A stretch of DNA of 63,141 nt, counting the filler, from Folioceros fuciformis (Eukaryota): NCBI GenBank assembly GCA_049999805.1. It is 5 parts of 5 records of this genome, joined end to end, with 100 filler letters (N's around TTAATTAATTAA, not from the genome) between each part and the next. Parts side by side here need not be neighbours in the genome. Positions count along the whole stretch, not along the records: positions 45,288 to 55,873 come from JBNGIO010005941.1; positions 55,974 to 61,076 come from JBNGIO010005947.1; positions 61,177 to 63,141 come from JBNGIO010005976.1; 2 more parts are not named here. One strand, 5' to 3'. The notes beneath the pieces were generated by a model that was not told the DNA's origin, ran no database searches, and saw only the letters and a program-made list of their open reading frames with translations. Position numbers and translations under genes: made by a program. Of this stretch, positions 52,119 to 63,141 are shown one piece after another (the first letter of the stretch is position 1; every line of letters begins with the position of its first letter).

Positions 52119-55100
52119 TGATCTAAAGACCTCTCATAATGAATTACAAGAACTCCGGTCGACATTTCAGAATTCGAAGCAACAGTATGAGGATAAATTC
52201 AATCGCAACAGAAAGAGATTGATGACTTGAGGCAAGTGCATGCAGTGGAATTCCCAATAATACGGGCTAATATCACGCAAAATAGGTACCAGATTAAGTC
52301 TATCCAAAAGCAACTGCCGACATTTGTTCCCAAAAGCTTCATCTCCCTCAAATTCGATCGAATCTATGGGAACATCACCAAGAACAAATGAATTGCCTTC
52401 AAAATGACGTGTCCACAACTTATATGCCCAAGACAAACATCACAGACTTGCGGGAGGGCATTATGGACTCTGTGAAGAAGCAGTTATCGGCCGAGTGTAT
52501 GCCTGTCAAGGATGTCCCCATATCACAGGATTACATCATACAAAGAGCCTCCACCTCTGTGGATGCCAAATGCGCAGCTTTAAAGCAATTTGTGCACGAA
52601 GAACTCAAGACCAGGACTGGCAGATTGGCAGTCTCAAAGCTTGAAGTTGCAGATCACATCTCCGTGACAAAAGTGATTGTGCAATAGGAGGTCAGCAAGT
52701 TCATCAAGGAATAGGCCCACAGCCCTCAACTCTGCTTGACGTTTCTAATTCCCAGGGATTGCTTGCCTCGCCTTCTGATACAGTCAATGCAACTATCATG
52801 GAATCCCAGGAGCGATTGAGGCGCTCACTTAACCTTCGGATAATAGGTTTGCAAGGTTCAGGAACTCCACGACATGTTGTATCTGACTTTCCTGCCACAA
52901 AGCTTCATCTCCCTGGCGTTCCTCTTTAGAATGCTTGGTTGGTTGGGAAGGATCCAGACCGCCCGTTGGTTTTTCTAATTCGTTTTCACTCTGCTCAAGA
53001 TAGGCTTCAGGTGCTAAAGGCTCGTACCAACCTTCGGGACCAAAATATTTTTATTACTGATGATTTAACTAAGTTGCAAATGAAGACCAAGCAAGCTCAA
53101 ATGCCTGCCTTCAGGAAGGCTCCTGCCGCAGGAAAAATTGCATTTTTCTATGTGGATCGCTTGATCATTAAGGTGGATGATCAAGTCCAAGAAGGGCTTA
53201 AGCCCCTATAAGAAGTTGCGGCCTGCAAGGCCCAATCTAGGTGTATCCTTCGGATGGCATCCTGGAACTGCAACGGATCTTTATGAGCACAACCAGGTGG
53301 GATGCTCCACCTTACAGCGGGCCACGACTTGATCTTCCTTACGGAGACTCATGAGCAGCAGGCTAGACACCTTCTCACTTTTCCCAATTTCCTTTCTTCT
53401 TCTTTATTTATGGAATATGTTTCATGCAACATGCCTAAAGCTGCAGGTGGTGTGGCTTGTTTCTTTCGGTCCTCTCTCTCAAATGTTGTGACTATGGCAA
53501 AGAAAGACTCCTTTGAGAGAGTTTTGTGGATCAAGGTTTCTACAACGATTCTTCCTTCTAACCGTCATCTATTCATTTCTTGCTATTTTTTCCACCTCAA
53601 GGTTTTCCTTATGCTAGAGGCCAGCCTCTTATGACATTTCAAGACCTCTCTGATGACTTGATGCATTTTATGCCTTTGGGTGATATTCTGTTGGTTGGAG
53701 ATTTCAATGTGTGGACTTCATCCGAGCAGTTCCCTATTATGTATGCACCTGATGATCAACAACAAATATTCCTGCTTGATCTAGTTGATCTTGGCTTCGA
53801 GAGAAGAACAGAGGATCCACACCAAGTCAATATCTTTGGTAGGGTGCTTCTCAACCTTGTGGAGTCACATGGCCTACTTATCTACAATGGCCTTCCTCAA
53901 TGGCGCGGGAGTGAGAGAATTACGCACTATGCACCTTCAGGTCAACTTCCTACTGTCCTTGACTATGCCATTGGGCAACCCTCCTTTGTTTCTTCTGTTC
54001 GTCAATTCTTTGTTTTTGACATTAGGCCTTTTGAGTCTGACCATGCCTTCCTTTCTTGGCATATCCTTTTTGATAAATTTGACCCTATGCTTCAATCCCA
54101 TAAGTCTTCTAGAATTCGCTTTTCCCTTCACCATGGCCTAGCTCCCCAATACTCCTCCTTTTTGAAAAAGCCAATTGCCGCCATCCATCCTAGCCTTTCG
54201 TTCCCCCAACAAGCCAATGATTTCACTTCTGCCATGCTCCATGCTGCAAACCAGATCTTCCCCCTAAAGCCTTGTCATGCCGTCAAGCTATCTAACACTG
54301 CTCCTCGACACCCTTGGTTTGATGACGAGTGCAAGCGCCTTCGCTTTCACACTCACAAATACCTCCAATTCCTCAATGTCTCATCCAAGTCCCACCACTC
54401 CCCACTCTACAAGAAAATTGTCAAACCTTATAAAGCCCTTATTGCTGTCAAAAAGTCTGCCTTCTTTTCCTCCCAACATGATCGCCTCTTGAAGCGCCTC
54501 AAGGAATCTCTTGGGGGTGCTACTTTTTGGAAACAGGTTCTCCTCTCATCAAACCATCCAACTATAAGTGTCCCCTGAGCTCATCAATTATGTACAAGCC
54601 CTCTTCTTCCGAGAGTCTGCTCCCCTTCCTTTTAGGATTCAAGACCCTGGGGTCAAGCTTTTCACTCCTGACCTCGTCATGGCTGCCATCAATAATCTTA
54701 GATCTGGGAGAGCCTCTGACCCTGTAGACATCCCAGGGGAACTCCTTGCGTATGCATCCCCTAATGTTATTGCCCCTCCCTTAGCTGCCCTATTTAATGA
54801 GTCGCTGGTACATGGATTCCTCGAAGCATGGTGTTGGAATGACCTCCACTCTATCTTCAAGGGAGGTGACCCACAACTATCGGTCAACTACAGGTATATT
54901 ATGGTGGAGTCTATTTTTGCCAAGATTTTTAGCTCGTGCTTGGAAATACTCACCATGTCTTGGGCTGAGAATGCTAGCATCAGAGCAAGGGGCCAAGCTG
55001 GCTTTCGTCCGCAGCAGAATACATAGGATCATCTATTTACTCTCATTGCCATTATTCAGGAGGCCAAGAGCAGACAGAAGGTTATCAGACATGTTTATGT

Positions 55101-55700
55101 GTGCTTTGTTGACTTCAAGCACGCCTTTGACTCTATCTCTCGGGAGAAGCTCTTTGCCCGCCTCGAGAGGTTGAGGATGCCAGCTCATCTTTTACATGCT
55201 ATTGGGATTCTATACAAGAAGGTTAAGGTCAAAATCCGTACTCCTTATGCTGCCTTTCATCTTTTGGACTTCCTATGTAATATGGGAGCACGACAGGGGG
55301 ATCCATCTTCTCCTAACTTATTTGGGCTCTACATTGATGATTTAGAGTCTTGGATTGTAGAGTCTGGGGATCCAAATTGACTACTCTCCTTGTACATTGC
55401 TGTTCTCCTATATGCAGATAACATTGCCCTCTTGTCTCATTCCCCAGAGGGCCTCCAAAAGCAACTAGACGTATTGTCACGCTTTTATGAGGCTAGAAAC
55501 TTGGAAGTGAACCTCAAGAAGAGCAAGGTCATGTTCTTCAATCGGCGGGATCCAGTTAACCACAATCTCAAGTTCTTCTATAATGGCCAGCGATCGGAGA
55601 TTGTGCAATCTTATGTCTACTTTGGTGGCGCTATCTATGGTCCAACACTCCAATGGAAGCTCTTTGCCTCAACTCGTATTCTAAAGGTGTGGCATCGGCA
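52119..55700 (+). mobile_element. Decayed non-LTR retrotransposon (LINE): ORF1 plus APE-RT ORF2, 3'-interrupted
   Basis: ORF1 remnants: coiled coil, RRSLNLRIIG, IRFHS..RLQVLKARTNL..IFITDDLT. ORF2 from 53254: SWNCNG, LTETH, GGVACF, LVGDFN, LDYAI, SDH, PWFDDEC, QAGFRP, FVDFKHAFDSI, GARQGDPSSPNLF, LLYADN. Multiple stops and frameshifts. Confidence 0.92.
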
Positions 55701-58700
55701 TGTGGGGTGCGGAGACAATGCTCTCGGATGTTGTGAACGAAAAAAACTTTCGGAATCCCCATTTTGAGCGACGGAATGAGCAGGTTGTGATTCTTTTTGT
55801 GAAGGGACAGGCGAATCGGCTTTGTAAGCGAGTAAGACCAAGGTGTTTATACCCAAAGTCCACCTTGGGCTTCNNNNNNNNNNNNNNNNNNNNNNNNNNN
55901 NNNNNNNNNNNNNNNNNTTAATTAATTAANNNNNNNNNNNNNNNNNNNNNNNNNNNNNNNNNNNNNNNNNNNNTCAGAGTAACCCTAGTGGCGTGGTTAC
56001 AGACTTTTCAGTCTTAACAGGAACATCTAGAGGCTGCCGAAGGGCAACACGTCTCAGCCGCAGGCAGCCCAATCGGGGAGTTGCCTGGCGGGATCCAGGT
56101 GGTCTGAGTAGTAGGAGGTAGCCGGAGCTAGGGGCAAAAAGGGCAGTCGGGCGGCGGCTGAGGAGGGTCGACCTGGCTGCTTGGCCAATCCACCCAGCCA
56201 ACAGTCCAGCCCGGGCTGGTGGCAAGAAGGAGGTCCGGGGCCAGATCCGAGCCGGGGTCCTGGCCGAGTTCAGTGTGCAGGAGGGCTGATCGGCTAGTTG
56301 GGCAAGTGGGGGCAAATCAGGCCCGAACCCTGGCCAGGAGTGGATCCAGGCTAGGAAGACTGGTGGAGCGCATGGCGGCTGTCAGGGGTGGACCTCGTCG
56401 GGTTGGCTCAGCAGAGGCCGGCCGCTCAGTAGTAGCTAGGTCCAAACTAGGCAGGTGGCGACCAGATCCAAACGGTTCAAAACCAATCAAGCAACAAGGT
56501 GACTGGGCTAGGGCTCCGGATGAATGTGGCCAGACTCAGAAGCTAGGTAGTGGCCTGGCTGCAAGATCTTGAGCAGGAGTCGGCAGCGCGGGATGACGAT
56601 AGGAGGCATATGGCCTAGCTTGCAGGTGGAACCAACCAGGCGGGCAGCCACCTAGTGGCTGGCAGTTGACCCAGGGGATCCTGGCCAGGGGGGGGGGAAC
56701 CCCTGGCCCCTAGCCGGCCAACGAGCCAGCAGGCTAGCGGGCCGGATTTGGGGGATGGTCTACTTGGTCGGCGAGCGGGTTTGGGTGCCAGCACCGGGCT
56801 TGGAGGGCGGGCTAGGTGGGGTGGCTGCTTGCCAGATTGCCAAGGCAGGCCATGGCCGGTCCCGTTAGGAACCAGGCCTAACAATAGCACAGGCGGGTGG
56901 GATTCGGACCAGACGACCAGGGGGGCTGGATCCAAATAGTCAGGCTGTGAACGTCGGGCAGCCCGAGCTCTGGTTGAGCGGAAGGAGGGGCTGGCATATC
57001 CAAAGGCAGCCAGGCCTCGGTGGGCCTGGTAAGTGGGGTCTAGCTGGCAAGGGGGCTGGCTAGGCCATGGCGAGGATCCGCCAGGCAGAGGCGGCGCTGG
57101 ATCCGCCTAGCTTGGCTGACTGATCTGAAGCAAGCCATGCCTGCTGCAGGCGAGAGGCGGCCTGGCTGGTTGATTTTGGAGCCGGGCAGCCAGGAATGGC
57201 GATTTGGCATCTAGGCAGACTCTTAGGCCGGCTGCAGGCGCCTAGGCAGGCAAGGCAGCAGCTGGGCGAGTCGGGGGCCGACGTGCAGCGGCTAGTAGGT
57301 GAACCTGCCTGGCTAGATGTGAAGGCCAGAGGCCGCAGGTTGGATGAGGAATGGTCTGCGGAAGGCGCTGCACAAGGCGGGCTGCTAGCAAGATCAGGCC
57401 GGCTGGCCGAGGAGAATCCAGGCCGAGGAAGATTGGCTGGTGGAAGGCGGTGACTGAAGCGCCTAGCCAGCAACCAACCTGGCCCGGCTGCAAGCAGGCA
57501 TCGGTAGCTGGCGTACTGCCTGGTAGAAGGTGACAGGGGTGGCTGCATGCAGGCAGCATGCGGGCCAGCAAGCTGACTGCCCGAAAGGATCTAGGGGGGG
57601 CTGTAGGTGACTGAATCTAGCTGACGTGCAAGCAAACTTGCAGGCAGATCCCGGCGAGTCTGGCCAAATTGCTAGATAGCCAACCAGCCCGGCAACAGCA
57701 GCCGGGTAGGCCAGCTGCAGCCAAGCAGCAGGCGGTCCCGCAGGCTGACTGCCTAGCCAGATCTAGGCGGCCAGGCAATTGTGCACTAGGCGGAGCAATC
57801 AAGTTGGATTTAGGGAGTAGGGTAGGGGCTCGTTGGACCCCCTCCTCTGAGCGAACCAGCCACACCCTCGCGTTCAAGCCAGAAGTGGAGTCTTATCTCA
57901 CCAAGCACTACAAATAAAAGTGTGCCAATAATTTGCAAATTTGGCGAAGGGGGCTTGTGGAGGAGGGTTTGCTCGTCTCGGGCACCAAAGATGTTTCGGA
58001 TCACTTGGCTAGGACCGGATAAGGGCCAGAAGGTGACGTTCGGGGAGCTGCTGGAAACTTGACGGTGGTGGCACGTATTGCCAAGATAGTGACTTGTGGC
58101 ATGGGGAGGCAAATGGAAGGTGAAAGGCTACCAGAAGAGTGCGTGCGGACAAAGCTGAGGGACTGGCAAACTGCCCCATCTAGATGTTGGAGAGTGGTCA
58201 ACCATATAGAGTGATATATCTAACATTTGGCTGTCCGTCGACGACCAGCATGCCTGGCTGCTCGCACGAGGAAGGCCTCAATACAAACATGCTGCTTGTA
58301 GATGGGGAGCCTGATGGTGGAATGTCATTTTTAGGTGCCAGGTTTACAAGGCTGCCCCTCAAGAGCACCAGACCAGCAGCGTGGAGGCTGAACGAACGTG
58401 AAGAGGTGGAGGCTCTGAAGGTTCGCAGGATGATCTAAGGGGAAGGTATTATCTGATCTGAGAGAGAAGGGAAGGGTGTTGAGAACCACTCCTAATTTTT
58501 GGTAATTGTGAGGTGTTGATAATTTTGGGATAGAGGGCAACGAACGGTGTCTAAGGAGGTAACAGGAAATTAGGTGAAGGGGTAGGTTAGAAATAGGCTT
58601 GGTTCAGGTTAAGGTCAGAACTAGGGTAGACCTAGGTTAGGTCTAGGGTAGACCAAGGTTAGGTCTAGGGTAGACCTAGGTTAGGTCGAGGGTAGACCTA

Positions 58701-59594
58701 GGTTGGGTCTAGGGTAGACCTAGGTTAGGTCGAGGGTAGACCTAGGTTAGGTCTAGTTTAGACCTAGGTTAGGTCCAGGGTACACCTAGTTTAGGTCTAG
58801 GGTACACCTAGTTTAGGTCTAGGGTAGACCCAGGTTAGGTCTAGGGTAGACCCAGGTTANNNNNNNNNNCCCAGGTTAGGTCTAGGGTAGACCCAGGTTA
58901 GGTCTAGGGTAGACCCCGATTAGGTCTAGGGTAGACCCATGTTAGGTCTAGGGTAGACCCAGGTTAGGTCTAGGGTAGACCCAGGTTAGGTCTAGGGTAG
59001 ACCCAGGTTAGGTCTAGGGTAGACCCACGTTAGGTCGAGGGTAGACCCAGGTTAGGTCGAGGGTAGACCCAGGTTAGGTCTAGGGTAGACCCAGGTTAGG
59101 TCTAGGGTAGACCCAGGTTAGGTCTAGGGTAGACCTAGGTTAGGTCTAGGTCAGACCTAGGTTAGGTCGAGGTCAGACCTAGGTTTGGTCGAGGTCAGAC
59201 CTAGGTTAGGTCGAGGTCAGACCTAGGTTAGGTCGAGGTCAGACCTAGGTTAGGTCGAGGTCAGACCTAGGTTAGGTCCATGTCAGACCTAGGTTAGGAT
59301 CAGGTCAGACCTAGGTTAGGTCCATGTCAGACCTAGGTTAGGATCAGGTCAGACCTAGGTTAGGATCAAGTCAGACCTAGGTTAGGTCCATGTCAGACCT
59401 AGGTTAGGATCAGGTCAGACCTAGGTTAGGATCAAGTAAGGGTTTAGGGTAATGTAATCAACTACACACACTAGTTTAAGAAAGGTTTTGGTGCTTGAAG
59501 AAAGGCTGAGACCCACTTCTTGCCGAATCTTACTAGTCCTTCTCTTTTTTCCCAACGAACCACAAACTAGTTCATATCAAGGGAACCGCTTACA
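55701..59594. mobile_element. Large LTR-like block (TG...CA) with a GC-rich low-complexity interior and a 22-bp satellite
   Basis: The LINE RT breaks off at tgtggggtgc (55701). The block ends at cgcttaca (59594), whose reverse complement tgtaagcg also occurs at 55823. The interior is rich in ctagg/ggcc words with no recognisable protein. It spans a contig join and shows no matching TSD. Confidence 0.4.
58621..59440. repeat. 22-bp tandem satellite (ggtagacc(t/c)aggttaggtctag)n, roughly 37 copies
   Basis: Directly visible array; variants are clustered in blocks; there is an internal 10-N gap. Confidence 0.95.
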
Positions 59595-60414
59595 TATTAC
59601 AAAAGACAAGTTGCACGTTGAGGCAACCTTATTCAAGGCAATGGAACCTTAAGGCTCCTACCATTACTCTTTCTTGTAGGACTTGGCCTATTGCTCGATG
59701 TGCTACTTCATACGCTGTTGTTCCTTATGCAAGATTGTTGCCTTCCTGCCTACTCAAGTTGTTGTTCAGTTATATGTCAATCTCCAAAGGCCCGTCCTGC
59801 ATGTCATCCTTAGTCCAAAAATCATCATTTAATTATGGAGAAGGGCACATACATGAATCCAACGGCAAACATCAGAGTAATTCGCCTTGTTGGAGATATG
59901 AGGAGAACCTCCTTCAAGCTGAGATATGAGGAGAACCTCCTTCAAGCTGAACCAACGGGACTTAAGTACACCAATATAGTGTTCATTCACATAGTATACC
60001 TTGGCATTTGTAGTGTTGGAATCTTTTTTATCTATTGATCCATAGTGTAGGATCACTAGAGGAGCATGGTGGAGGAGAGGAGAAGAGGAGGCAGAGAGGA
60101 GAGGAGAAAAAGATGTCACATTGAAAGTAGTTGGCAAGGGAGCTCAAGGGGGTATTTATACCCTCTAGAAGAGCTCCCTAGGAAGCTTCACAAGAAGCTC
60201 ACAGGAAGCTGCGCAAGAAGCTTCCTACAAATTAGCTTAAGCTAATCTAAACTAATGATACTTAATTAGACACTAATCTTAGACTAAACACATTAGTCTA
60301 AGCACATTAACTAGACACTAATCTTAGACTAAACACATTAGCCTAAGTACATTGGGCTTTAATAACCCTACAACCTCCCACTTAAAGGCCAATTTACCTT
60401 CATAAGAGAGTGGT

Positions 60415-61076
60415 CTAACTCATGCCCATGAGTGTTCGAGCTTGTGCGAATTGCTCCGTAGAGAGCCCCTTGGTAAGAACATCTGCAGGGTTCTGACTGG
60501 TGTGAACTTTGACAAGCTGTACCCTCTTGTCTTCCAACACCTCTCGAATGAAGTGATACTTCACTTCCACATGTTTGGTCTTCGCATGAAACACTGGATT
60601 CTTCGCCAATTGGATAGCACTCTGGCTATCACAATGCAACACTGGCAGCTCACCCTTGATCCCCAAATCTCCCACTAAACGAGCAAGCCACATGGCTTCC
60701 TTACAAGCCTCAGTCGCTGCAACATACTCGGCCTCTGTGGTAGATAGCGTTATGCACGATTGCAAACGAGATCGCCATGAGACTGCCCCTCCAGTGCACA
60801 TGAAGACATAACCTGATGTGGACCTCTTTTTGTCCATATCCCCTGCATAATTAGCATCCGTATATCCCACTACAGATGCATCTTCACTACCAAAACATAA
60901 GCACAAAGCTTTTGTACCATTCAAATACCTCATAACTCCTTTCACTGCCTCCCAATGCTTCCTGCCAGGGTTTGACATGAACCTGCTAACCACTCCCACT
61001 GCAAAAGCAATGTCAGGACGTGTAGCAATCATTGCATACATCAAACTCCCTACAGCTGATGAGTATGGAACCTTCT
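60415..61076 (-). CDS. Copia pol C-terminus (end of RT plus RNase H), open to the gap
   Basis: VPYSSAVGSLMYAMIATRPDIAFAVGVVSRFMSNPG..HW, GYTDANYAGD..KRSTSGY, LSTTEAEY, CDSQSAI, KTKHVEVKYHFIRE, NPADVLTK. Confidence 0.93.
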
Positions 61077-61176
61077 NNNNNNNNNNNNNNNNNNNNNNNN
61101 NNNNNNNNNNNNNNNNNNNNTTAATTAATTAANNNNNNNNNNNNNNNNNNNNNNNNNNNNNNNNNNNNNNNNNNNN

Positions 61177-61778
61177 CTTGAGTGCATGGTAGCCTCCTCC
61201 TCAAGCAAAGCACCAATAGTGTTGGATAAGGACACAGTAGCAGCAGTGGCAGTCCTCAAGCTGCTGTTTTGTGTACTGACAAATACCAGGTATTTGTCTG
61301 GCAGTGACATGAGCAGAGCCACTAAAGCCTGCAACTTCGTGACTGTCGTGCCTGCGGATGCCAGCTTCTGTCTAAGGTGGCGAAATCGCATCACATGCTC
61401 CTCAACACTGTCCGTGTCCTTCATCTTGCAGTTCCAAAACGATCTGGTGGCATGTACCAGGGAGGACTGATTTGTGGTCGCAAACATTTGTGACAAGGCT
61501 GTCCACGCCATGTGTGATCCAGAGGCATCATCGATGTGGTGGATCATTGAACTGTTAATGGTGGCCTCCAGTAGGGCCCTTGCTCTAAGGTCTTTCTTCA
61601 TCCAGACTGCAACATCGGCCTGCGGTGCGTTGGCCCCTGGCTTGGAGATTGTGCCATCCACGATGTCCCACAATTCCTCGACTTGCAGCAAGGTCTTGAC
61701 CCTACGAGCCCACACATCATAATTTGCTCCAGAGAACCGATCCTTGTCCTTGAAGTCAAGCCGTGTCACATTCGCCAT
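61177..61778 (-). CDS. Copia gag N-terminal part (DUF4219 / Retrotran_gag_2-like), running into the gap
   Basis: FSGANYDVWARRVKTLL..ELWDIV, W.KKD.RA, AW..L...F, M..TDSVEEHV..F, LLMSLPDKY. Confidence 0.88.
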
Positions 61779-63141
61779 GATAGCTGGTGAGCCTGTCAAC
61801 CATGTGGGCAATGTTCCTTGGAGCCAATGTCAAGATTTTGAGGATGTCGATGGTGCTGAAATGGAGCGGGCTTTCAAAGGCAGAATATCAGCATGCCGCC
61901 CCTTGCTTCTGCCTCGTGGCCTCTCAGCAGAAGTTGACCTCTTCGGGGGCATCAACCATGGTAGCAGGTTGTGACATCAGAGGCAAATCTGGAGGATTTA
62001 GGGTTTGTGGCCTGCTCCAGTCTCAGAAGTGCACACTTGCTGCCGCATCCTGCAATTGTTGCCACCATGGCCTGCTCTTGCCTCCGATGTTAGCGCGTTC
62101 CACTCCACGCTCCTCCACGACTTTGACAGGTAACCACAACCAAGGAGATTGTGCTTCACCTGTGTTGCCACCATGCCCTTCTCCTATCTGTAGTTGCTGG
62201 TAGCGAGATTAGATTCCCGCTTCAACATTCCAGGTCGCAGTTTCTGTCGAAACAATCACAAATCAAGCAGGGATCACATATTTGCTGCTGCGCCGTTGCG
62301 GGGTCTGACTCCCTGCCTCCAATCCTTGCCACCACGGCCTGCTCATGCATTGGATGTCACCACGGCGAGCACTGCCACCACAGCGCGTTGTGCCAAAGGT
62401 TCAACACAAGTTTGACGCCGTCGGGTGCAACCATCAAAGATGCACAGTCAAGTGCAAGAGCACCAAGTGGCGGTCTGATTTCTGCCGCCGAAGTTGCTCC
62501 ATCAAAATCTTCGCCACCACGGCCAGAATTCTGCCTCCAATCCGTGCTGCCGATGCTTGAATTTGCCATCGATCGTTGTCACGTCTCTGTCAGGCCTGAT
62601 TTCATCAATCACAATTGCGATGTCGCCATGTGTGTGGGTTTGATCAATGCTTGGGGTCGTTGCTACCGTGGTCTGCACCTTGGCCTGTGCCAGCCACATA
62701 TCCCTGCCGCGCCGCTGCAGGGCATGATCACCTCCTAGATCACTCCGATCTCATGCACACGGCCGACTGCTCCTTGGAATCCACGGCACACACAGGATGG
62801 AAAACCCGTTGGCCATGGGAGGCCCAATACAATCTGGCTTGTTGCTCACAAGGATTTTATTGCTCACATTTTACTTCCTTTTTTTTTATTCCCTTTTTTT
62901 TGTCTCAAAAAGGAAAGATCACAATCGCCTCCTCTCCATGGCATCGCTTACCAACCTGGCTCTGATACCATACAAAAATCAGAGCCATCTTTTTTGCATT
63001 GAGAATGATCGTGTGTAGTAGTAGTAATAACAAAGCAAGGTCTTGTGTCTTGTGCCATACGCCATGGCGGTTAGGTATTTTTTGTGTTTATGTGTCTTTT
63101 CACATTAGGCTATCTAGCCCTAGCTAAAACTCATTTAGTTT

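Larger units (their letters stand above)
59595..62970 (-). mobile_element. Ty1/copia LTR retrotransposon (3' LTR, PPT, RT-RNase H, gap, gag, leader, PBS)
   Basis: On the minus strand: PBS tggtatcagagc (62970-62959, tRNA-iMet type); gag; RT/RNase H; polypurine tract aagtgggagg followed by an LTR starting TGTAGGG at 60372, with tataaatacccc near 60150-60160. PR/INT would fall in the join at 61077-61176, so the two halves may come from different copies. Confidence 0.88.

Noticed and set aside
55974-58540. Many Arg/Gly/Pro/Ala-rich ORFs on both strands
   Set aside because: Products of GC-rich low-complexity repeat DNA with no protein-family motifs.
58621-59440. Telomere or CRISPR array
   Set aside because: The unit is 22 bp rather than TTTAGGG, has no spacers and is internal.

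Overview
Eukaryotic, intron-containing land-plant nuclear DNA. Short introns, tight gene packing, GC-rich exons and a long PLS-PPR gene suggest a non-seed plant, most plausibly a hornwort or other bryophyte (inference). The first ~44 kb is gene-dense: a frameshifted prokaryote-like HhH-fold gene, a Tweety-like membrane protein, RAF1, a TMEM8/PGAP6-like protein, UDP-glucose 4-epimerase, plastid SufD, a class III peroxidase, a PLS-E PPR protein, NUP160 and a lipin/PAH phosphatase. The last ~19 kb is a nest of decayed mobile DNA: a LINE, LTR-like pieces, a 22-bp satellite and a Ty1/copia element. The most notable signal is at ~45.6-48.6 kb. It is a decayed, apparently spliced bacterial-type beta-class N4C/N6A DNA methyltransferase gene, preceded by an unknown disrupted ORF and bracketed by two related GC-rich hairpins, which suggests a methyltransferase-carrying mobile element. 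Four N44-TTAATTAATTAA-N44 linkers are artificial contig joins, so adjacency across them is unproven. All family calls come from remembered motifs; no searches were run.
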